Assembly: GCF_006345805.1 (NCBI RefSeq)
Contig: NC_042999.1
Coordinates: forward strand, 101,618,001-101,682,000
Reading direction: 5' to 3'
Origin: Octopus sinensis
Taxonomy: Eukaryota
Length of the DNA: 64,000 nucleotides
Shown: positions 10,880-22,568 of the stretch, piece by piece
Layout: each line of letters opens with the position of its first letter
Numbering within the stretch: position 1 is the stretch's first letter
Notes under the pieces: generated by a model
The model's input: the letters and a program-made list of their open reading frames with translations, nothing else
Database searches by the model: none
Told to the model about the DNA's origin: nothing
Translations under genes and position numbers: made by a program

Positions 10880-12245
10880 ATTTATTATTTTCAGTGTGCG
10901 GTTCATTGTTGTTCTATTTATAGTCAAATCCTGCCGTGGTCAACTTGGCCTTTTATCCTTTCAGGGTTTATAAAGTAACAGTTAGTACTGGAATCCATGG
11001 AATTAGCTGATTCTTTCCTTCAAAACTGCTCACCTTGTGCCTAAATCAAAAGCCTTTATTATTATTGTTATCAAGGTGGTGAGCTGGCAGAATCATTAGC
11101 ACACTGGAGGAAATGCTTAGCGATATTTTGCCCGTCACTACATTCTGAGTTCAAATTCTGCTGAGGCCAACTTTACCTTTCATCGTTTCGGGGTCAATAA
11201 AATAAGTACCAGTGGAACACTGGGTCAGTGTAATCGACTAGTCTCCTCCCCCAAAATTACAGGCCCTGTGCCTGTAGTAGAAAGGATTATTATTATTATG
11301 GCAAGCTGGCAGAATTGTTAGAGCAGCAAACAAAATGCCTAGTGTCATTTCTTCCAGTTGATTATATTTTGATTCATACATTCAGAGTCAATAAAATAAG
11401 TACCAGTCAGTACTGGGGTTGATGAAATCAACTTACCCATTTCCACAAAATTGTAGGCCTTGTGCCTATAACATAAAGGATTATTATTATTCTGGCAGAA
11501 TCATTAGCACACCAGGCAAAATGCTTAGTGGCATTTTGTCTGTTTTTACAGTGGAGTTCAAATTCCACCATGGTTGACTTTGCCTTGTTGCCTTAAAAAG
11601 TATATCCTCTATAATCTCTGTTACTGTAAAGTGTATAAAATTAGATCTCATTTAATTTTACTTATAACATTGATGTTCTGTCATAGTACTGAGATAGTAG
11701 TCATAATAGTGAATTCAGAACTGATCAGGGTCAATAAAATAAGTTACAGTTGAACACTAGGGTCGATGTTTACAACTTACCTCCTCCCTAAAATTGCTGG
11801 CCTTGTGTCAAATTTGAAATTATTGTTATTATTATTTAGACTGTGAGCTGGCAGAAGAGTTAGAGTGCTGGAAAAAAAATGTTTTGTGGTATTTCTTCCA
11901 GCCCTTTACATTCTGAATTCAGTTCCCTAAGGCTAACTTTGTTTTTCATCATTTCAAGGTCAACAGAATAAAGTAGCAGTCGAGTACTTTATCAATCTTT
12001 ATCTACAGATGCAATAGACTAATATGTCATATTGATATTTCCATCTTGGGGTAGCGAACTGGCAGAATCGTAAGCACACCAGGCAAAATGCTTAGCAACA
12101 TTTCATCCATCTTTATGTCCTGAGTTCAAATTCTGCCAAGGTTGCCTTTCATCTTTTTGAGGTTGATAAAATAAGCACCAGCTGAGCAACTTATACCCTC
12201 CACTGAATTTCTTGGCCTTGTGCCAAAATTTGAAACCAATATTTC
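10880..12245 (+). mobile_element. Head-to-tail train of ~7 family A SINE copies or partial copies
   Basis: Repeated (GA)GCTGGCAGAA...AAATAAGTACCAG...GGCCTTGTG...ATTATTATT units. Confidence 0.8.
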
Positions 12246-12949
12246 TATTGTGGGTGATCTGTGGATTGTTTGGCAAAATTACTGATACTCGGTGTGTGCA
12301 TGTATATAACATTTTCTTATAAAAATAATATTTATATGCTGTGTGTAAGAGGAGAAGAAAGAGTAAATGAAGTTACATTATATATTTTTTCCATTAGTAT
12401 ACAAATTGTCTCATTTGTTGATTTCAGTAGCGTAGTAGATTATATGTAATTAGGTCAAATTTTTTATGCCTATTTATTTATATATATATATATACATGCA
12501 CAAGTGCATATAGATATATACATACATGTACACATCTGCTTATGTTCAGGTGTGTGCATGCACACATGCACACATTAAATTATTGTGTTTGTAAAGTTGC
12601 CTCCACCTCTTTGAAATACTGAGGTTAACCAATGTCAAGATTAGGAAGGCTTTTATTAACTAATGCTGCAGATAACATTTTGGCTTTCACTTTTAAAGGA
12701 TTAATTTAATCATAAACTGATTAATTATGGGAAGTGGAGGAAAATGACAGTAACAATTGAAATAAGTATGATTCTGAAAGTGTTGATGCTGTAGGGTATT
12801 TATTTGTATTTATTTGTATTTATTTATTTATTTATACAGCTTTTGAAATGATCACATTTGCTTTAGTTAATTATTATGATACTGGCTGACTTTGAAATCA
12901 GTCTTTTTAGACATATATTACAAAATGTATTGTTGCTTTGATGTAATAA

Positions 12950-13650
12950 TGTGAAAAGACCCAGGAAGACCTGGGATGAGGTGGTGAAGCATGACCTTCG
13001 AACATTGGGCCTCACTAAGGCAATGACTAGTGACCGGGACCTTTGGAAATATGCTGTGCTTGAGAAGACTCAGCAAGCTCAAGGAGACCATAACCTTGTG
13101 ACCTATGCCAGGAATGTAACCAGCCCACTTATACGTGCCTTTCCTTCATTGGACACTAAACTCTGCTTGCGAAGACCTGTTGAGGCAAGTGAAATCAAAT
13201 TCAATGACTGGCATCCGTGCTAGTGGAGCGCTAAGAGTACTATACGAGCGTGATCATTGCCAGAGCAACAAACTGGCCTCCATGCCGGTAGCATGCAAAA
13301 AACACCATTCGAGCATGATCGTTAGCTGCATCGCCTTACTGGCACTTGTGCTGGTGGAATGTGAAAAAACATTCGAGCGAGGTCATTGCCAGTGCCGCTG
13401 AACTGGCTCCTGTGCAGGTGGTACATAAAAAGCACCATTTGAGCATGGCCGTTGACAGTACCGCCTGACTGGCATGTGAAAGCACCCACTACACTCTCGA
13501 AGTGGTTGGCATTAGGAAGGGCATCCAGCTGTAGAAACTCTGCCTGAAGAGATTGGAGTCTGGTGCAGCCATCTGGTTCGCCAGACCTCAGTTAAATTGT
13601 CCAATCCATGCTAGCATAGAAAGCAGACGTTAAACGATGATGATGATGAT
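12950..13650 (+). mobile_element. 5'-truncated RTE LINE (ORF2 C-terminus, 3' UTR and GAT tail)
   Basis: KRPRKTWDEVVKHDLRTLGLTKAMTSDRDLWKYAVLEKT, then internal repeat units and (GAT)n. Confidence 0.88.
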
Positions 13651-14299
13651 CTCTTGAATTCCTGAGATGCTGTTATAAGAGCTCTGGCTGAGCCCTGGTT
13701 TCAGGGTGTTAAAGAGATCAAGGAGGAATAAATTTCTTCCATCTGATTATGTTATTGTACATTTGATACAGTACATTTTAATTCATCACCTGGTTTAACA
13801 TCTCTACCAGGCCCTTGTGTACCTTTTTCAGAATTCACTCTGTTGCAAGTATTCACTCCAGGTCTCTAACTTCCTACTGCAGCAAACCATGAACTGCATT
13901 TCCTTACCACCACCACCACCACCAGTCATGGAGGCAAGACATCTTTCTTTGACTAATCCATATAATTTGAGGCAATGTAGAATATCTTGCCACTTATGCC
14001 TTTTTTATGGCATTAGTTACCTCAGTTCAGCAAGTTATTTATTTTAATAGTTCTAATTTCATTCCATTCATTGGTAAATTGATGCCTTACTTACAGTATC
14101 TTCTGACATTGTGAAAAAAAAAGTATTATTATTATTATCTTCTTTCAATTTTGTTTCCATTTCTTGTGTAGTGTCTTCCCGACACCTAGAGCAAAGAAAT
14201 TCACTGTATACATTGATAGGCCATTAAAACAAACATGCTAGATTGTTCATTTTCAAAGTCATGTAACAGAAAAAATAAGGGGGGAAAGAAAATTCAGTG

Positions 14300-14480
14300 G
14301 CAACTGGTACGTCATACGTATTGAAAGAGCATTAAGATAATTTTTTGCACTTCATGCATAGATGGTGTAAACCAAGGATCATCCTCAAATAATTTTCAGT
14401 TCCCTTTATGATCATTTCAAGTACTCCTACAATCATTGCATTGTACCTGTCTTGAAATGCCACATTTTTCGATTTCAGTC
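14300..14480 (-). mobile_element. Possible R4/Dong-type (RLE endonuclease) LINE C-terminal remnant
   Basis: The minus strand reads roughly IVGVLEMIIKGTENYLRMI...EVQKII, like RLE-LINE C-termini; highly decayed. Confidence 0.4.
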
Positions 14481-14574
14481 AGCAAATCTTTATATTTTTT
14501 GAGTTTATCAGAAAAAAAAAAAGAAAAAAAAATCATCATCATCATCATGAAGGAGAAGAAGAAGAAGAAGAAGA

Positions 14575-14795
14575 AGGCACGCTGACAGGCTCATTAGGGA
14601 ATTGGAAAAAGATTCTTTGTTATATCTTTTCCAGTTTTTTATATTCTGAGTTCAAATCCTGCAGAAGTCAAGTTTACTTTTCATCCTTTCAGGGGTCACT
14701 AAAATAAAGTACCAGTCAAGTATTAGGGCAATGGCAATAACTAACCCCTTCCCTTACAATTACAGGCCTTGAGCCTAACTCAGAAATTATTATTA
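14575..14795 (+). mobile_element. SINE family A
   Basis: Family A body with an ATT tail. Confidence 0.7.
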
Positions 14796-14822
14796 TTTGT
14801 TGCCAGAAAGAGGCAGTACAGG

Positions 14823-14951
14823 CACTAGCATAGCTAGAGTGTGTGCGGCCTCTCCGTTTGCCAGCCCCAGACCCCACAAAAAGCACATATTGCCTACAGC
14901 AGACCGAAAAGTGCCGCCCCCTACCATCCCCACTTCCTAGCTATGCTAGTG
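14823..14951. mobile_element. 129-bp MITE, probably hAT
   Basis: Perfect 15-bp TIRs (CACTAGCATAGCTAG / CTAGCTATGCTAGTG); 8-bp flanks AGTACAGG / AGTGTAGG (6/8 identical). Confidence 0.7.
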
Positions 14952-15384
14952 AGTGTAGGTATCTTTCCAGGTCCTCTCAAGCTGATGAGATTAATACAGT
15001 TGTTTAGCTTAAATTTCTGCTTGCAAGATGTCTGTAGGAAGTATATGAGAAAGATAGCAGCCCTAGAATGCTGCAATTCTGAGTAGGAAGATATACAAGC
15101 AAAGAACATTAAATGGAGGAGGAGAGAGAGAGAAGAAAGACACAAAGTAAAAAAAAAAATTTTTTTCTACAGTATTATATAATTAATCAACAATACTCCT
15201 CCCTCCAACTTAGAAGACCAGGAGGGGAAGTAACATGTCTTTGCCAGCAATGTGACACAAATCCAAAAACCTGGCTGCCAACATGACTAACAAAATAACA
15301 TAGACATATTGGTCCCAAGTTTTGTATGTTTTCTGCTGTGCTTATTTGTCTGAATGATTAACAATCAAAAGAACAACCTTGCAC

Positions 15385-15670
15385 AGGCATAGCTGTGTGG
15401 TAAGAAGCTTGCTTCCCAACCACATGGTTCAGGGTTCAGTCCTACAGTGTGGCAAATCAAACAAGTGTCTTCTGCTATAATTTTGGGCCAACCATGGCTC
15501 TGTGAGTGGATTTGGTAGATGGAAACAGAAAGAAGTTCATCATGTATGCATGTGTCTTTGTGTATGAATTTGTCCACCACCACTGCTCAACAATTGGTTG
15601 TTTGGTCGCTTACATCCCCCATAACTTAAAAAACCTGATAGAATAAGTACCAGGCTTCAAAAAATAAGTA
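15385..15670 (+). mobile_element. tRNA-derived SINE, family B (GTGTGGTAAGAAGCTTGCTTCCCAACCAC...GTGGATTTGGTAGA...CCCCATAACTTAG)
   Basis: Shared head and body with copies at 28480-28900(-), 41820-42170(-), 42320-42670(+), 43665-44050(+) and 63705-64000(+). Confidence 0.75.
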
Positions 15671-16861
15671 TCCTCTGACTAAATATTGATTCCAAATTTT
15701 GGCACAAGGCCAGCAATTTCAAAGACAGGGGTAAGTCTTTACATTCTGAGTTCAAATTCCACCAAGGTCAACTTTACCTTTCATCCTTTCAGGGTTGATA
15801 AAATAAGTACTAGTTGAACACTGGGGTCGATGTATTAGACTTACCCCATTCCCCCAAATTTGCTAGCCTTGTGCCAAAAATTTGATATCAGTATTTTTGC
15901 ATATACCCACCTTCCAGCCCTTATACCTTGTATCCTTTTGTACGGAATCAAGTTCATGTGTTAATGGATAAACAACTTAATCTAGATTAACTGACACTTA
16001 ATTACTGAAATAAATCCCACCAAACTCTCCCTATTTGTTTCCCTACTTAAACTTCTCTTGTCATCCATCAGCTTTTACATCATACCTAAATACTTTATAT
16101 TTATGAAAAGAATTTCTCATTATCCCACCTCTCTCTCTATATATATATATCTCCACCTACTCCCTAACTTAATGGTATTACGTTAGTTACTTTAATTACC
16201 CTTTTAACAGTTACACCTCTTCCATTATAACATTACCTTCAATACTATACATTACACTGATCTTCCATCTAAAACTTGTTGGTTCAATTATTCCTTCTCA
16301 TGTTTTTACCTCAACACTGTAACCCAGCAGGTAAATCAATATTTTTTACTGTTTTGTTTTTCCTTACCTTTCCCTGCTAATATATGAAGGTATCTCTAGT
16401 TCAGTGATTTTCAATATTTAGCCACACACTTCAGTTGGTTTCACTTGTTCAGCTTTAATGAACCGTTAATTTTGTCTTTCTTTTTTTTTGTTTATTGTTT
16501 ACACTACATTTCAATTGATTTTTGTAAATACACTCACACACACATACATATATGAAGTGAGTATATATACAAATCTCTGTGTGTGTATGTTTGTATTTAG
16601 AAGCTGAATATTCCTTTAGTTATTAGTCAAGACCTTTTTATGCACATTCATCATTCAAGTGTACATAGCAACATATATTGTACTACATTTATACTTTTGT
16701 CTGTCTGTCTATCTACTTGCACCCCCCCCCCTTCTCTCTCTTTGAAATGGAGAGGGTCTTACATCAAGGATGTATTTCCTAATATATATTACTCAATGAT
16801 CTAAAATCTATGAATTAAATGCTTTCAAAATATCATTATTTAGTTTGACTTTATTATTATG

Positions 16862-17433
16862 GCATGACCCAGGAAGACATGGGACGAGGTGGTCAAGCAT
16901 GACCTTCATACTCTGAGTCTCACAGAGGCTATGACAAAAGACTGAGACCTCTGGAGATATGCTGTGACTTCGAAGACCCAACAAATGAAGTGAGTTCATG
17001 GCTCGAAGGACGGCCTGCTGTGCTAACCTTGGATTGTAGAGTGACCCGCTGTTCTTGAGGAGACCTATTGAGTCAAGTACATCAACATCAAAATAAAAAT
17101 TCAAATGAAAATTATAGTTAAGAACCCGTGCCGGTGACACGTGAAAAGCACCGTCCGAACATGGCAGATGCCAGCACCGCCTGACTAGCGTCTATGTCAG
17201 TGACATGTAAAAGCACCAACCAATTGTGGCCGTCTGCCAGCCTGCTCTGGTCCCTGTGCCGGTGGCACGTAAAAAGCACCCACTACACTCACGGAGTGGT
17301 TGGCGTTAGGAAGGGCATCCAGCTGTAGAAACATTGCCAAATTAGACTAGAGCCTGGCAGCCTCCATGGTTTCCAGATCCCAGTTGAATCATCCAACCCA
17401 TGCTAGCGTGGAAAATGGACGTTAAATGATGAT
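16862..17433 (+). mobile_element. 5'-truncated RTE LINE
   Basis: PRKTWDEVVKHDLHTLSLTEAMTKD*DLWRYAV, then 3 internal units and a GAT tail. Confidence 0.85.
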
Positions 17434-17444
17434 GCTGTATATAT

Positions 17445-17701
17445 AAGCCAACTTCAAGAAATGTAATATTGACTCCCATTCTGAGATAGAAATGCTCAGG
17501 ATCAAGATCACTGGAAATCCATCATCAAAGAGGAACTAATAACTTTTAAGACTAACAAGACTGCCAAACAAGAAGAGGCACAAAAAAGATAGACAAGAAC
17601 AACCAAGAAAGGACCTTCCATCCAGAACTACATGTCTCACTTGTGGAAGGAACTTCCAAGCAAGAATTGGACTCATCAGTCACCTCAGAATACATAAATA
17701 A
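17445..17701 (+). mobile_element. RTE-BovB-like LINE 3' end with terminal C2H2 finger
   Basis: Reads TCLTCGRNFQARIGLISHLRIHK* (stop 17699-17701), the typical terminal zinc finger of BovB-clade ORF2. Confidence 0.7.
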
Positions 17702-20299
17702 CTATAAAAATAAAATAAAATAAAAAGAACAAAGACCACAATCTTCTATATCAAGGGATAGCCACAAGTGATGATGTTGAAATTTATGTAACCCTGTGTG
17801 ACAGGCAGTGAAAACAATGCTATACACACTCAGTATATATACATAGTTGAGTTGATATAGTCAACAGATGAGATCCCAAGATTCTCAGTATAGAAACACT
17901 TAGTAGTACTCAAATGATTCAAACTTAAACTCCAATGCCTTTACAAGGAATCAATTCCATTGGATAAAGAATGGCTATAAGAGGGACCAAGCTGCACAGA
18001 TATGGAGGCAAATATGCAGATAAACAAATTAGATATATTAGATATAACAGTTTGGGTATGAAATACAAAATATGTATACATGCAAAATGAGAGAAAGCAA
18101 AAAGTGAAGACTTTCAGATGATGATTATTTAAGTATGAATATATAGATACTTATAGTAGTGAGGAAGGCAAACGGTAAATCTGCCTTCCTCACTACTTTA
18201 ACCAATACCTACAGACTCAAGCTGCAAGTTGGCATTTTTTTTTCATACAACCACATCTCTAGCCATTGTTGACTCAAGCTGCAAGTTGGCATTTTTTTTT
18301 TCATACAACCACATCTCTAGCCATTGTTCTTGCTAGAATTTTGGTGGATTACCTATTGGAGCACTCAGAATACATACCTATTAGTTTGGGTTACCTTGAC
18401 CTAAACTCCTCATATCTTCTGTGTTGATATTTATATTAACAGATCAACTTACAGAGTACAAATGACAGAGAAAATTAAAGGGGAGAAAGAAAGGTGTTAT
18501 AAGTCCAGTAAAATTGATATATTTAGTTACTTATTGTCGAATGTTCATGTAGCCACAACTTAAAAGTTTTGTTGATAGTTATTACTTAAAAGTGGAGAAA
18601 ACTTTGTTTTAAAATTCCACTTGATTGTAGCTTTTCTTAAGTTGGATAAAGTTCTCAATATATATTTGCAGAATAATGTATATTGTCTTGTAAAAACAAA
18701 TGTATTTATATTTAGTAACTATACCATTAAATCTACACAATGGTTTAACAGTTACCTAGATAACCAGTTTCTACTTTAAAATATAGTATGAATTATGCTC
18801 TAATTCCATTGTCCTATAGTCTTGCATTGCAAAATTTGTTTACTTTTATAGAAAAGATTGCTGTACAAGGATATATGTAGTGATGGTGTCTGTAGGAAAT
18901 ATTTTGGGCAATTACACCACCCTCTGCTGTTATGACTTACTTCCTACTTTAAATAAGGCCATATATATTTATTGATGATTATGCCTTCAATCTTACTGTG
19001 ATAAGAAGACTAAAAATGTTGTGTTCTTGTTTGAGTGTCTGACTTAAGAAACTGGACATAATGTTGAAGTTCTACACTGTAAGTGATGAAGTGAAGTTAA
19101 TGTAAAGAGGAACATTGCATAGAGCAAAACAGAAAGATCCTGATCATGTGTTAATGGAGTGGATTTATTAGAGTGAACATATGCCATTTAGGGACTAATT
19201 ATTATGAAACAAACAAAAATCTGTTGCAAATAACTATAAATGTTCAAAAGGTTGAAAAAGAGAAAACACTGGAGGATCTGTTAATTATGATTTTATTCAA
19301 TATATTCCCCTCTCACATTAACACACTTATTGCAGTGGTCCTTTAGTTTTTCTAAACTCTTTAAAAATAACTCAGAAGGTTGGGCCTCCAACCAACCCTT
19401 TTGCAGAACCCTTACTGGAACTGGTAAGCTCTCTGGCTTACCAGTTCCAGTCAAACCACCTAACCCATGCCAGCATGGAAAGCAGGTACTAAATGATGAT
19501 GATGATAAGAAAGCATTGTACTCAAGAATTGCTGTTATGTCACTAATTTAATAGTTTTTTGTTTTTCTTATAACATTTAAGAAGTATAGAAGAGAAGCAA
19601 TTAACTTTGACTTTTACTGTCTATGCAAGAAAATTTGGTTGCTATTTCTAGCAGATTGAGTGACTGCTCCTTTCCAGCTTTTGTGAACCAATACCAAACA
19701 GTGGACAGTATATATCAATAAAACTATTTTTTATTTTATAACTTTCAGTTTTATAACTCTTAACATGTTTTTGCAAAAATACATTTAAAATTGGAAGTTT
19801 ACAAAATTGGAAGAATGTAAAAGTGGTATCTAACTGTTATATGTGGCTAACAGATCAATGCAAAAGTATAATAGGTAGATTTGTTCTGGTGCAAAGCAAA
19901 ACTGGACAAGTGCCAAATATATATATATAAAACTGCCGAAGCTGTATTATGAAATGGCTAATGTGTTTCTATTCCCAAGTTGTCCCATTTTGTTCATTCA
20001 AATATGCAATCATCTTGAAATCTGAAAAAAAATCCAAAACCAGAAACACTTCTAATCTCAGGTATTCCTGATAAAGAATTATTAACTGCACAAGCACGCA
20101 TGCACGCACACATATACACATATCAATGTCATAAGAAACTTTGAAAACATGAAATAATTCTTTTAAGGAATGGTGAATATCAAGGTAAATAAAGCTGTAA
20201 CTAGTATCATGTAAATACCAGGTTAAAAGCCTTTTGGATAGAAAAACTGAAGGCTGCATGTGGGACATGAACTTGCATCTCCTGTAAACATGTCAAGTG

Positions 20300-20510
20300 T
20301 TCTACCATTGGACCCTGTTGGTACTGGTGCCACGTATAAAGCACCTAGTAAACTCGAAGCATTTGGCCTTTGATAGGTCATCCAGCTGTAGAAATCATGC
20401 CAAAACAGACAATGGAGCCTGGTACAGCTCCTGGCCTCACCAGCTCCTGTCAAACCATCTAACCCATACCAGCACGGGAAACTGATGTTAAATGTTGATG
20501 ATAGTAGTAT
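20300..20510 (+). mobile_element. RTE 3' UTR fragment (diverged)
   Basis: GTGCCACGTATAAAGCACC...CATCCAGCTGTAGAAA...GTTGATGAT. Confidence 0.75.
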
Positions 20511-20514
20511 TGAT

Positions 20515-21295
20515 ATCATCATCATCATCGTTTAGCATCCGCTTTCCATGCTAGCATGGGTTGGATGGTTTAACTGGCGTCTGGGAAGCCAGAAGGCTGC
20601 ACCAGGCCCAGTCTGATCTGGCAATGTTTCTAGGGCCGGATGCCCTTCCTAACGCCAACCACTCCGTGAGTGTAGTGGGTGCTTTTTACATGCCACCGGC
20701 ACAGGTGCCAGATGAGGCTGGCAAACGGCCACGATCGGATGGTGCTTTTTACGTGCCACCGGCACGGGGGTCAGGCGAGGCTGGCAACGGCCACGAACGG
20801 ATGGTGCTTTTTATGTGCCACCGGCACGAGGCCAGTTGGAGCGGCGCTGGCAACGGCCACGTTCGGATGGTTCTCTTACATGCCGCTGGCACTGGTATCA
20901 CAGCTGCAATTTCCATTGATGTTGATCAATTTCGATTCTCAACAGGTCTTCACAAGTAGAGTTTTGTGTCCCCAGAAGGAAAGGTATGCATAAGTGGACT
21001 GGCACATCCCGGTTTATGGTCTCACTTGTCCTGCCGAGTCTTCTCACGCACAGCACACTTCCAAAGGTCTCGGTCTCTAGTCATTTCCTCAGTGAGACCT
21101 AAAGTTCGAAGGTTGTGCTTCACCACCTCGTCCCAGGTTTTCCTGGGTCTGCCTCTTCTACAGGTTCCCTCAACCGCTAGGGTATGGCACTTTTTCACAC
21201 AACTATCTTCATCCATTCTTGCCACATGACCATACCAGCACAAACATCTCTCTTGCACACCACAACTGATGCTTCTTAGGTCCAGCTTTTCTCTC
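20515..21295 (-). mobile_element. 5'-truncated RTE LINE
   Basis: LREKLDLRSISCGVQERCLCWYGHVARMDEDSCVKKCHTLAVEGTCRRGRPRKTWDEVVKH..., then 4 internal units and a (CAT)n tail on +. Confidence 0.9.
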
Positions 21296-22225
21296 AAGTC
21301 ATATATATACATATATATTTTTATATCAACAGTTATTTTATATTCTACTAAAATTTTATTTCTATTTCAATTATCTTTTCATCTTTCATTATATTTTATT
21401 AAACTCTTGTTAATTTCATTGTTATTGCTTTTATTGAGCTAACAATTATTAGAGCATTAGAAAACTGCTTTGCAGTATTTGTTCCAATACTTTACATTCT
21501 AAGTTCAAATCTTGCTAAGGACAACTTTGCCTTTGATCCTCCAGGGTTGGGAGGAGGTATTGCTATTGTCTTACCCCTCCTGGTGTTTAAATTAAGAACC
21601 TTTATTAACTTAGTATCTCTGTATACTCTCTGCAGGTGTTGCTTTGTATTCCTGGATATGACTTGCATCTCCACTTATTCAGTGCTTTATTCTCTAAGAA
21701 ATGGTTGCTGATGACAATTATGTAATTGTTACTTTACCTCAGTTACCTGATGATTAATGATTAAAGCAAATCTATGATCAAAGGTTTATTTCATTACATG
21801 GCAACCTTTAAAAAGTCTCTTCTACCATAGCTTCTGATTGACCCAAGCCTTGTGAGCAAAATTGCTTAGATGTAAACTATGTGGAAACCCATCAAATGGA
21901 CAGTACCCATTTTTCAGTAGTAAATTTAATCCATTGCTAGTTTAACATCACCACTTGGTCTATAGATATTTTGTGTGAGGTTCAATACAAGGTTCAATAC
22001 ACAGCAAGCATTCCAGTCAGATAACTCAATATCTTGATGTGTTTCTTCCTAGTGTTAAGCCAGGAATAGTAATTTCTTCCTCATTTTCCTTATCTATTTC
22101 AGCCTTATGAAAGGTCCTGATTGTTGCCCTACCACTCTTGATTAAGCCATAAAAACAAGCCCTCAGCTGATTGGCATTAAATCCCTAACAGACACTCTTC
22201 AGTCTGTGGCCCACAAGCATGCTGA

Positions 22226-22227
<2 letters not shown>

Positions 22228-22310
<83 letters not shown>
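22228..22310. repeat. (CT)n microsatellite, ~40 units
   Basis: Directly visible. Confidence 0.97.
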
Positions 22311-22312
<2 letters not shown>

Positions 22313-22347
22313 TATAATGACTTTTTTTGTCCTGGGTATGATTTTAA

Positions 22348-22568
22348 CTCTTTAATATTCAGATTTCTTTATCAAAAGTTATGTTTATTTATTCACATTG
22401 TTTTGAATTAATCATGTAATATCTTGCAGCTTCATGATTTCAAATGATTTGATTGTTTACTTTTAGAATGACATGGTGAGGTAGGTGTGAGAGTTCAGAT
22501 CTGGTTGGTTTGAGCTAAAAACAGGTAGAATATTCAAGCCAGATATGGCTGGTTTAAATGCTAAAGGG
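22348..22568. mobile_element. piggyBac-type MITE
   Basis: TTAA at 22344-22347 and 22569-22572; imperfect TIRs (CTCTTTAATATT vs reverse-complemented end CCCTTTAGCATT). Confidence 0.7.

Noticed and set aside
20690-20890. HDV-like ribozyme in the RTE units (CCAGCC...TGGC resembles HDV P2/P3)
   Set aside because: L3 is 6 nt without the YCCNCG pattern, P1 does not abut P3, and J4/2 spacing is wrong; simple hairpins explain the complementarity.
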